Part shown: positions 12,974-23,506 of the stretch, one piece after another
Position numbering within the stretch: the first letter of the stretch is position 1
Layout: each line of letters opens with the position of its first letter
Assembly (NCBI GenBank): GCA_021613535.1
Contig: CP075495.1
Location: 5,332,001 to 5,396,000 of the forward strand
Direction: 5' to 3'
Source of the DNA: Adineta vaga
Taxonomy: Eukaryota; Animalia; Rotifera
DNA: 64,000 nt
The notes under the pieces: model-generated
Seen by the model: only the letters and a program-made list of their open reading frames with translations
The model's database searches: none
Told to the model about the DNA's origin: nothing
Program-made: the position numbers and the translations under genes

Positions 12974-14451
12974 TTATCGAGGTTCAGGCTTATATTTTGG
13001 TGGTTTGAATAGAGCTGGTCCTTTGCCTTTCACTGCATCTTTCGATTTCGATACAGTTTGAAAAGATTTCCAACTATTAACTCGTGTTTGACGACTTTCC
13101 TAAAGAAAAAGAAAATTATTTGATTCTTTTTTGTTTGAAATAAAATGTTCATTTTAGTTATACTTCATAGTTTTTGTCCCATTCTTTACGTAATTTTGTT
13201 CGTTCTTCACGTTCAGTTACTTCTTCTGCTTTACGTTTTCGTTCTTCTGTTTTATTTGTTTCTTCTCGTACTCGTAATCGTTCAATGTCAGCAAATAATT
13301 TACACGTTACGGACCATAGTGATTTTTTATACTAAACGAATATTTTAGTATTTTAAAATTCATCAAAAGAGAAAAAAAATACTTACTCCTTCAGGAGTGT
13401 CCTCTTCAATAGGTTGACTTTTATATTTCGAACGTTTTTCTTGAATCTATAATATATATAGGAAAAAAATGGATGATCAATTCGAATAAAATATTCCAAA
13501 GGACAATAAATAAATGGAAAAATGTTTAACTCACCCGATTGGCTGAATGATTGAAGAAAACAATTCGTTGAACGATGCATACTAGAAGGAGGGTAAAACA
13601 CGACCTATCTACTCTAGCGATGTCAAGTCTAAGTCTTTCTGATTTGATAGACAAAAGGAAAATTTTGTTTTCAAGAAATTCCAAAGAAAGGATGGGGCAA
13701 TCCAAATAATGAGAAGAAATGATCAATACAAAACTTACCATTTTCTCCACACGTTCTCGACCTTCTTCAATAACTTCAAGACATTTTTTCCGTTCTGTTT
13801 CATCTTCAAGCATTTTATATGCTTTGTTAATAGCTAAATAAATTTTAAAAAAAGAAAGACATAAAATGTATCAGTTTAAAAATTATAATCATCTGTGCAT
13901 ACCTTCAAATGCAAGCGAAGCACGATCAGTCATAGTTGGATTTTTATCCGGATGAACAAGCATTGATAGCTAAACAATCAGAAGATGAAATGAATTTGAA
14001 AGAAAAAAACCGAGTTCTTTACTTACACGTCGATAATGTTTCGCAACTTCTTCAAATGGTGTGTTGGGATCGATTTGAAGTACCTATGAATAAATCAAAA
14101 GTGTTCATTGATAGATTTAAATTTAAGTTGTTTATACTTCGAATGGATTGAGATTAAAATATGTGGCACCGGGACGAAGAAGTCGATTAATTTGTTGTTC
14201 AGGCGTTAGAACAGAATCACGTTTTTCAATTGCTTTCACCTATATCAAAAGAAAGAGATTTCATTATTCTATATTTAATTATGTTCGATATCAATTACCT
14301 CAGAATAAAATTGTTCAAATGTTGCATCTTCTGGTTTGAATATAGCATTAAATTCTTCTTTTAAAGTCGATGTTGTCGTCGACTTTTGTGAACTAGATGA
14401 ACTAACTGGTGATGGCTCTTGCTTGATGGTTTGCTGAGTAGACGAAGCCAT
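12974..14451 (-). CDS. DNAJC8: DnaJ homolog subfamily C member 8
   Basis: FYSEVKAIEKRDSVLTPEQQINRLLRPGATYFNLNPFEVL, J-domain LVHPDKN, C-terminus FKPPKYKPEPR*. Confidence 0.93.
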
Positions 14452-15671
14452 CAACAAGATCTTGTTTTTATATTCGAGAAAATATCTGAAGTAGAATGAT
14501 TAATTTAAGTGTAATTTCAAATTATATATCAAATTGAAATAAAAACTATTGGATTAAATTTAGTATATCAAATCAAAAGAAGAGAACTACATTTGTTTAT
14601 CATAATGAAAAGAGACCAATAATGAGTATTCGATTGTTACTAGTGTCATCTGCTGATCTTCAGAAAATGATTAATTACTTAATTACTTAAATAAAGAAAT
14701 AGTTTATGCAATCTTCGTAATTATGAAGTAAATTAGATGTTATTCAATATAAATTAAAATAAATTTATGAACAGAAGAGGACGCCACATATCTGTATCAG
14801 TTGAATGAAATATATTCAGGCGCAATTTTGGCATGGATTGTGTTTGCTTTCATCATTCGTCCTTAAAGATTTTTCTCAAAACAACAGTATTTAAGTACTT
14901 TATTAGAGACGAAAACTTCAATAAAAACATTTTCAATATTTTTACTCATGATTGTTATTACTGATTGTTTGTTGTTATAAATCACGTTCACTATTGACAT
15001 TTTAAATACAACAATGACAGTTGTTTAATTGAATAATACAAAAAAAAATCCAAATTATTTTATTGTTTATATCAAACAGTGAAAGCAAACTTGCTTTTTT
15101 TTCTCTTCTATTCACTAATCATAGTCTAAGTTCTTATTCTTTCCCCAGTTTTGTACTTTATAAAATAACCATACAACTGAATAAATCAAACTTTCTACAA
15201 GTTAATTCTACTTGTATTTGAGATTTCATTTGAACAATATGTGCGTATTTTGCGTTATTGTTATTACCATAGTAGTATCATTTCATTTTTAATTTATTTG
15301 GAATTGTTCGGCGAGTCTTTCTACAGGTAATATAGAGTATTGGTAACTAAGAGTATTATTTTCCTGAATGTAATATTCTACGTTCCGATTTTTTTGATTA
15401 GAATGAAAACTCGATCGTTAATGTGTCACTTCAAATGAGTTGTTTTGTCGTTCTCATATATAGTTACTCTCGCTTACAGCTACTTTTAAAATTAAATGCG
15501 TATATACTGTATTTTTCACAAGAAAAAGAAATTCATTTTCTCAATTTGAAAGAGGACGCCACACATGTTTTTAGCATGGAATATCGATTCAGATAAGTTT
15601 CAAGATCGTTTACGTTCATCAGCTTTACATAGTGCAGACTTCAGAGATCCCTTTTCCTTACGAAATATCCC

Positions 15672-15702
15672 GTAAACAATGTATTAAACGTTGCTTAGTT
15701 AT
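15672..15702 (+). promoter_or_regulatory. Forkhead site next to an imperfect RFX X-box, upstream of CFAP210
   Basis: GTAAACAA at 15672-15679 and GTTGCTTAGTTAT at 15690-15702, about 100 nt before the ATG of a motile-cilia gene. Confidence 0.4.
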
Positions 15703-15800
15703 TCGATCGATACTAAAGTGAAAATGGCGAATTCTTTTGTTTTTCGTAGTAAATATTTTGAGCACAAAATACATCATTCTATTTCTCTGAGGTTGAAATC

Positions 15801-18085
15801 ATGGTGATCAAAACTTTACCTATACCTTCAACAAAACCTCCTGTCAATTCACAACTAGGATCACGTAGACCATTATTACATAGTCAATCTCGTATGCAAA
15901 ACTGTTTTGGTTTTATTTTTACTCTAATAATTGATTTTTATCATAGTTTCATGTCCACCAGATCATCGTCGTTTACCTGATGCTACAAATCTTCGTGATA
16001 CATGTATTATAACAAAGAATGATTTGAATCGAATCTATGAGAATTTAAACCGTCGTCAACGTGATAAAGATGCTGTTCGACAAGAAATGGAAGAAAAGAA
16101 ACAAATGCTTGAACGATCAGCACAGATTACTAAAGATTGGCCAAATACTTTTGCGGTACGAAGTCATTGTAAAGTGATGATACAAATTGCTTGCTTATTT
16201 TAAGGGTGAACAAGAACGAAAACTACAGAGGAGGAAAATTCGCGAAAAAGAAGAAGAAGACAGAAAGCAATTACTTGATCTCGAAGAAGAACGATTAGCT
16301 GCTGAACGTCGCCGTGAATATCTTGACAAAGCTAAACAAACACGTTACTATGAGACTGATCGTGTTCGAACATTTCATGTAAGATAGTTTTCAATTTTGA
16401 TCGTTTGTGTTCTATTCTGTTTCAATAGAGCTCTCTTATCTTAACTGAAGTTCTTAAAGAACGTGAAGCACAAATTGAAATGAAAAAACGTATGGAACAA
16501 ATGCGTCAAACAAGTGATAATGATGAATTAAAACGTTTTCAAGAAGCTCAAAATGAATTTGATAAGACTGAACGAGAAAAACTTGAAAAGAGAGCCAAGT
16601 AAATCGATTCTTTTCTCACATCAATTAATGAAGTTTATTTTCTTTATCTATAGAGAACGTGTTGATTTAGCTGAATATCATCAAACACAGTAAGTTCATC
16701 ACATTCTCCTCATAATAACTTTTAGAATTTGCCGTTTGAAAGAATTCGTCGACGTAAAACTCATTATTTACAAGAAAAACAAAGAAATCAACAAGAAGGA
16801 GATGAATACCGACGTTTAGCCGATAAATCACTTCTCGATTTTATTGAATCGATGCGTGTTAAAAAACTTAGACAAAAAGAAACTAAAAACATGTATGATA
16901 AATCAATGGAACAAAAACGAAAAGTGAAACAAATCGAACAACAAATGGATGAAGTAAACTATCAATCAGATTTTCTTTTCTTCAATTCAATGTGTTCTTG
17001 TTTTTTCTTAATTAGGAAGAAGAAGAAGATCTTCGTGCTTATGCGCAACAAAAAATCAAAATTGCAAGATTAAGACGTGAAAAAGAAATTGAACTTGAAC
17101 AGTAAAATGACAATGTCGAGAATTAATTCGATCATTTAGTTTGTTTTCTGTGATATAATTTAGACAAAAACAAAATACAAGAGATGAAACAATCGGATAT
17201 TTAGGTTCACTATTGAAACGAGCTGAAGCCGATAATGAAACACAAATTTATCGTGCTCAAGCAGAGAAAGAAGCTAAGACATATCGTGAAGAACAAGAGA
17301 AATATGAAAAACAACAACAAATGCTTGAATCAATTGAAAAACATCGTTTACAAACAGTATGAAAATTATTTCGTTTTATTCTAAAAGATTCATTTTTTTT
17401 GTTGCTTGTTATTAGTTAAAACGACGTGAATTCGAACAAGGCATGGAAGAACGTGAAGATACTGAATTACGAAGAAGAAAAGCTCAAACAGATCATTTAT
17501 TCCGTTTATATCAACAGGAAAAAGAAAGAGAACGTGCACAAAATGTTCAACTATTGTCAAAATTCCAAACAAAACAAGCGGTAAGTTAAGTTAACTATGA
17601 GATCAACTCGCCGTTTCTTCATATTCTTATTTGATCATATAGGATATTTCTCATAAACTGATTCATTTTATACTTGTTGTTTAGAAAGATCGCAAAGATC
17701 ATCAACGTAATTTGAAAGAAAATGAAGTACATGAAATAGAATTAGATAAACAAATGAATGAAATTGAAAGACAACAATATCAAGAATATACTGGACGTGT
17801 GATGTCATATTTGGAAGAGAACGGTCGTGATATCCATCCAATGAAACGAGTATGTTAAAACTGAGTCATTCTTATTTATGAAAATTCGTTTTTTGAATAA
17901 ATTAATTCTTTCTTTAGACTGTTGCCGAAGAATTCAAACGTTTTGATGATTTTAGTCAAGGTTATAAGAAAACAGAAACACCACGAAATGGACAAGAAGA
18001 GAAAAAGACTGATAATCATGATAGACCATCATTGAATGAAACAAAGAAGCGTTTGGGTTTTCAGTGGGAAATTCCTCAGAAATAA
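15801..18085 (+). CDS. CFAP210: Cilia- and flagella-associated protein 210 (CCDC173, TPH coiled coil)
   Basis: WPNTFAGEQERKL..LDLEEE..YYETDRVRTFH..LKEREAQIE and C-terminal KKRLGFQW; multi-exon; stop at 18083-18085. Confidence 0.8.
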
Positions 18086-18176
18086 GATATAAAAACTAAT
18101 TTTCTTTTACATTTTATATTTATTTATCAGCTCATAATTTTACAATATAAAAAGATAAAAATATGTAGAAAAAAAG

Positions 18177-19397
18177 CTATACAGTTATCAGTAATTCATT
18201 ATATGAATTACGAGTAATATCTAACAGATGATTAGCGGTGGGTAATGTACATTCATCAGTGACAGTTAATTTGGGACATTGTTTGAGTATTTGAGCTACA
18301 ATGACACCAGCAAATGTGTAAGCAAATTTATGTCGTGCTGGACAAGAAATTGAGAAAGGTAAATAATGCATTTTTTGTTCCTCATTTAATTCTTTTTCAA
18401 AACGTTCTGATCGAAATTGAAGTGCATCCGATCCCCAAATAGTTTCATTACGATGAATATGCAATATATTAATGCATACTTGTTCGCCAGTTTGTATATT
18501 TGTTCGATAGATGTTTTTTGTTGGTGGATATAATCGCAATGTTTCTTTCAATATCGATTCAAGTAAACTACAATCACGATGATAAGGTTTAGATGTATCA
18601 TTTAATTTTTGACGAAGTTCTTCTAACAAATTTCTACGACGAAGTAATTCAAGTAAAGAATAGAATACAAGTCGCCACATTGTTTCCCATCCTGGAACAA
18701 TAATATTTAAGGGATTGGAAACTTTTTCATCAAAATCATTCTTAGTTATTTTTGAAATATCATTCGAATGATCCGATAAAATAGTTTGAAGTTGTTGCCA
18801 AAATTCCGATTGGGAAAAATGATCTTTATTTGCGGAGAATAGTTCTTGTAAACGACGTTGAGCTATTTTATTATCTCGATGTTTCCATAAATCAATGATT
18901 ATATCTGGTAACTCGGCAAGAAGATTTTCATCAACTTTGACATCCAAAATACCAGTAAGAAATACATCTAAGGTGACTTGTTTCACTAATTTTGATAATG
19001 GTAATTCAATACCATTCGATTGTAATAATGATAATCGATGATTAATACATGTTTCTGTTGTTGATATAAGTTCTTGATATTTCGTCTGATTATTCCATTG
19101 TGATAATGTAGATATTACTTTGTTTTTGAACATTTTCAAAAGAGTTTCACTTGGAATTGTAAATGGATTAACAATGTATAGAGTATTAATAAGCCATTGA
19201 TTCGATTTATGTCTTGTATAAATAGGTGATTTTAATATTTCACGTGCTTTATAAGCATTTATTATTGTCTTTGTTCGTTTTCGTCTGATTTTGCGAATAA
19301 ATATAATAATAAGTATGATTATAGCACCATAGATTATAATGTTTAAAAACATTGTATAGTAAATAGATTGCTGCAAAAGTGATGGTGTATCGAACAT
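18177..19397 (-). CDS. Intronless atypical cytochrome P450, fungal-like (HGT candidate)
   Basis: N-terminal TM anchor plus basic stretch, I-helix PGWET, K-helix KETLRLYPP, SERF, heme-Cys region LPFSISCPA. Confidence 0.85.
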   Translation of the reverse strand: MFDTPSLLQQSIYYTMFLNIIIYGAIIILIIIFIRKIRRKRTKTIINAYKAREILKSPIYTRHKSNQWLINTLYIVNPFTIPSETLLKMFKNKVISTLSQWNNQTKYQELISTTETCINHRLSLLQSNGIELPLSKLVKQVTLDVFLTGILDVKVDENLLAELPDIIIDLWKHRDNKIAQRRLQELFSANKDHFSQSEFWQQLQTILSDHSNDISKITKNDFDEKVSNPLNIIVPGWETMWRLVFYSLLELLRRRNLLEELRQKLNDTSKPYHRDCSLLESILKETLRLYPPTKNIYRTNIQTGEQVCINILHIHRNETIWGSDALQFRSERFEKELNEEQKMHYLPFSISCPARHKFAYTFAGVIVAQILKQCPKLTVTDECTLPTANHLLDITRNSYNELLITV

Positions 19398-20288
19398 TTG
19401 TACAGTATTATACTTGTCATTAGTGAGAAAATACCCAGATAATATTTACGAATAGAAATGACGTATTATGACAAAATATGCTCTAGATAATTTCGACATC
19501 TTGTTTCCAAGTGGACGCTGGGTTTTTTCCCAATTGTTCTTTTATTCTTTAAGGCACGTGAATTACACAATACATATTGTTGAAATTTCAACATAAACAT
19601 GTGGTGTGAGAATTGCTTAAAAGTCTTACATGGTTTTTTATTGTCCTTCTGTAGAATATCGAGAAAGTAAACGAAGAATATAAAAAATATGTGTATTTTA
19701 ACACATACAGAAGACATATCTACATTTGGTAAATTTGCGTCTTGAATCAATGTATAATCCATTTTTTATTGAAAGATAGTTTATAAATGATCGTATGAGA
19801 TAAGATGAAATATTCGTAACAAAGTTCTCACATTTGTTTCTTCATTTAATTTTCTTTTCTGGGAACTATCTAGTATAAACCAATGTCGATATTCTTTCGA
19901 AATATATAATTATAGACGTATCGATTCGATTCAAGAAAATATCATCTATAATTATACCAATTTAATATCAAATTAGATTGAAACAAAAAAAAAGTGTCCA
20001 TGCAGATACGTCTAGATTGACAAAAAGTTACCGGAATTATCCTTCAACTATTCCTCATTTCTTTCACTCCTTAGGATGTTTATGTAATGATTTTTTTTTC
20101 TAGCAATAATTTTGAATTAAGCTTTTAATAGCACAAACCAACCGTCCTATCAAATCAGATACACACTCTCTATTTTAATCATGTTCTCTATCATGAATGA
20201 TATCAATCTATTATCAAATAACTTTTATTTACTGTAACAAATACAAGCATAACAGAAAAAAAAACCAAATAAAACAGCAAGCAATTGA

Positions 20289-20958
20289 TCATGACGATTC
20301 GTCCAATCGAAGCCGTGGTGGTGCATTTTTATATTTAGTAACTTCATTGAGTAATTGTTTTAAGTCAGTTGAATTGACAGATGTCTTTCCTAATTGTAGT
20401 GCAGCTATTTCATTTGATGTTGCTAGTCGTTCACCAGTATCACGTTGTGTTTGTAAACGTCGACGATTTTGAAACCATATACGTATTTGTTCTTGTGAGA
20501 TACCAAGTTGTCGAGAAATTACATCACGTTGAATAGCTAAAACAACGAAAATATTCATAAAATTATCGAGAAAAAATGAAAACATACCATTTGGATAAGG
20601 TGTTCGTTTGAATAATTCATTTAATATATACCGATCTTTATTAGAATATTGTAAACGAGTAATCTTTGTTGATGATTGTGGAGTTGAATTCGATGGTGTA
20701 GAAATCTATGTTAATAAAGACGTATATCATTTCAATTATAAAATAGTTTAGAATTACTTGAGTAGTCGTTTGAACTATGAATGGAGAATCTGGTGGTGAA
20801 TATATCATTGGCGGTGATATTTGATGTTGATAATAATAGGGTGTTGGTGAATAACAACAAGCACAATACGATGTTGAAGGTGTATTAAAATTAGAATACA
20901 TGTATGGCATTGATGGTGATGACGGATAACAATGATAAGATTGTGTGTATGAATCCAT
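20289..20958 (-). CDS. Divergent Q50 homeodomain transcription factor (3 exons)
   Basis: Spliced homeodomain KITRLQYSNKDRYILNELFKRTPYPN/AIQRDVISRQLGISQEQIRIWFQNRRR; Pro/Ser/Tyr-rich N-terminus. Confidence 0.88.
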
Positions 20959-21333
20959 GAGTATAGAAAAAGATATTTGATTTGAATTGACTTGAATCTC
21001 ATGTTAATATTTAGTTTGAAAATGTCTATTCGTTTCCTTTCATTTATCTGTTCTGATTAATAGGAATGTATTGATTAGTCTAATAAAAGATGTTTCCTTT
21101 GAAGTTATGAGAATGAATAGACATTAAAGAACAAACATATTGTTCTCTTTTTATAATAGCTATACATGGATGTTGGCTAATTGTTTAGTCGGTTATTTAA
21201 CTAGGGAATAGTTGCAATAAAAATGAAAAAGCTTTATTTAATATAAATTACTGAATAAATGAAAATAAACATATTTTCTAATGAAATAGATATAATCGAT
21301 ACACAAAATAGAAGAAATAATTTTACATAACCT

Positions 21334-21642
21334 TCAGTACATCTTATTTGTAATATTGTATACTATCTGATGACTTTGAGGGAGATTCGTACGATTTATA
21401 TGTGCAGTCTGAATATGATTTCTCATTGCTATATTTAAAGCTTGTCGATGAACATTCATTGCTGCTTGATCTAGTTCCATATTAGAATTCATCAATACAA
21501 AATGTTGATTTACGATTCGATCCATTACATGATAATGTAAGTCCATATGTTTTTGAGAAAGACATTGTCGATCGGCTTTTGTATTGAATGAATGTGCTTG
21601 GGAACGACGTGAGGAATTATTTCGAGATGTTCGATTACCCAT
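21334..21642 (-). CDS. Orphan 102-aa His/Asn/Met-rich protein
   Basis: Single-exon ATG ORF with coding-like composition between AT-rich flanks; no recognisable domain. Confidence 0.5.
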   Translation of the reverse strand: MGNRTSRNNSSRRSQAHSFNTKADRQCLSQKHMDLHYHVMDRIVNQHFVLMNSNMELDQAAMNVHRQALNIAMRNHIQTAHINRTNLPQSHQIVYNITNKMY

Positions 21643-22239
21643 ATTTGTTCTTGTTAGAATAAATAATTAGAGAACAACTTTCTGTTTTTTTTCTTTATTG
21701 CTTGTATTTTATCTTTTGATTTCTATATAAGAAATAAGAAATGATCACTTAAATTACCTCCGATCACACTTTTGATTATCAAGAAAAAAAACTACCAAGG
21801 ACATCAAATCATTAGTGTAGTCAGTGAATAGTCAATTAATATTCAGATATTTTTTTTATTAGATTCTTGTTTTTTCTTTCATCGTCGTCATCCCATGTCA
21901 TGATTGATAAACTGTCTTTTTTCTTTTAATTTTTTTCTCGTCAAGTGCTTACATTTTCAGGGATATATGAAAACAAAATCAAATCAATGTAACGCTTATC
22001 AATATAGCTAGTTATGTTTAATATTGTATGAGAGGAGTGTATCAAATGTTCATATTCAAGGTTAAATGTTAACGTTATTATAATTATAGATTCAAACAAA
22101 AACAAAGACAACATGAATGACATATTTCGTTGAGAAAGATTTTTTTCGATATGAAAACAAAATGAGAAAAACATTATGTATAAGAAACAAATCGAACACG
22201 AAGCCTTGAAAGTTACGAGGTTTTTAATTGGAAAAACGA

Positions 22240-22509
22240 TTATGGACGTCCACGTTGAACAGTCGTTGGTGCTGGTGGTTCACTATCACGACTAGGGGCT
22301 GGCGCTCCTCGACCTGTATCTGATATATTTGGTTCTGTAGCACGTGCACGATTAGGAGCAGGATTAATATCATGAGCAACTTCATTACGACCTGGATTCG
22401 AAGTCGTTGTAGTAGCAGTTGTGGTTGTTGCAGTTGTATGATCATGTGATGATGATGATTGGTCAGTTTTCTTATGTCCATGAAGACGACCTTTAATATT
22501 ATTTCCCAT
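22240..22509 (-). CDS. Orphan 89-aa disordered Thr/Pro/Arg-rich protein
   Basis: Single-exon ATG ORF, clearly higher GC than its flanks, with a poly-Thr tract. Confidence 0.55.
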   Translation of the reverse strand: MGNNIKGRLHGHKKTDQSSSSHDHTTATTTTATTTTSNPGRNEVAHDINPAPNRARATEPNISDTGRGAPAPSRDSEPPAPTTVQRGRP

Positions 22510-23506
22510 TATGTATAATAATAATAGTAATAAATTAGAATAATCTAAAATTAATAAATCATGATCAGTTTCAAAAAAGAAGAATTCTATAATGATATCG
22601 ATTCAATATAGTTATGTCGATGTGATAATATTTATGAATTCATTGACTGTCATCTATACAAACATTAACTTCGAGGACGTTCGTAGTCTGATCAATAAAC
22701 GACAAATGTATCCATTTACGCTTCATATATTTTTATGCGATCGCTCTTTTTTTCTTCTTCTATTACATACGGTAATCATTCACAATCGATTTGGTCTACT
22801 CTTCTTCCTCACTTCTTTATTCTTCGATTTAGCTATTGACACGTATTTCATACGAACTAAAAAGTATGATTGCTCTATTGTGACATCATACGCCTGTACA
22901 CATGAACAAAGAGAGATAGCAAAAATTAATGATAATATTTAACCTTGCAGAAACAACAACATTCATTTTTCTTTTCATTAAACGATATCCTTTTGTTTTT
23001 GGGCAGTATTATTATTATTATTAAATGTGATGATTCAGTTTTTTTTATCATGACTATAGTTCGATGAAGTTATGATATTCAACTATATAATATCGATAAA
23101 ACATGAGATTGATCATATAATCAAAACTGATCAAAAAGATACATGAAACATTTTGTAATTATATTATATATCATTTAGATGTATGTTTGATTGATTCATC
23201 TGTCAATGAGATTGTATATTTCTATTTAAATTAGCAAAAATTTCTGAAAAAATTTCAGAGGTACAGTTAAGATAATAAATAAAATCTCAACGTCTAGCGC
23301 CATCTCACCGCTTTTCTTTTTTGAATCTAACATGATTATTTGTGGTACACATTCAATCAATAAGAAGGAAGCGTACGTCAAATGCATAGAAGCATGGTAG
23401 CAGTGGTAGACGTGGTAACTTTTGCGGATAATTGAATACAATACAACATCATCGTATAACCGTCTTCGAAAATTAGATAAAACAAATACTTGTTATTCTT
23501 CCAAAA

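Noticed and set aside
19466-19762. 98-aa ORF upstream of the P450
   Set aside because: No motif and low-complexity composition; probably promoter or UTR sequence.
23394-23430. tRNA-like start GCATGGTAGCAGTGGTAGA
   Set aside because: No T-loop (GTTCRA) or acceptor-stem partner.
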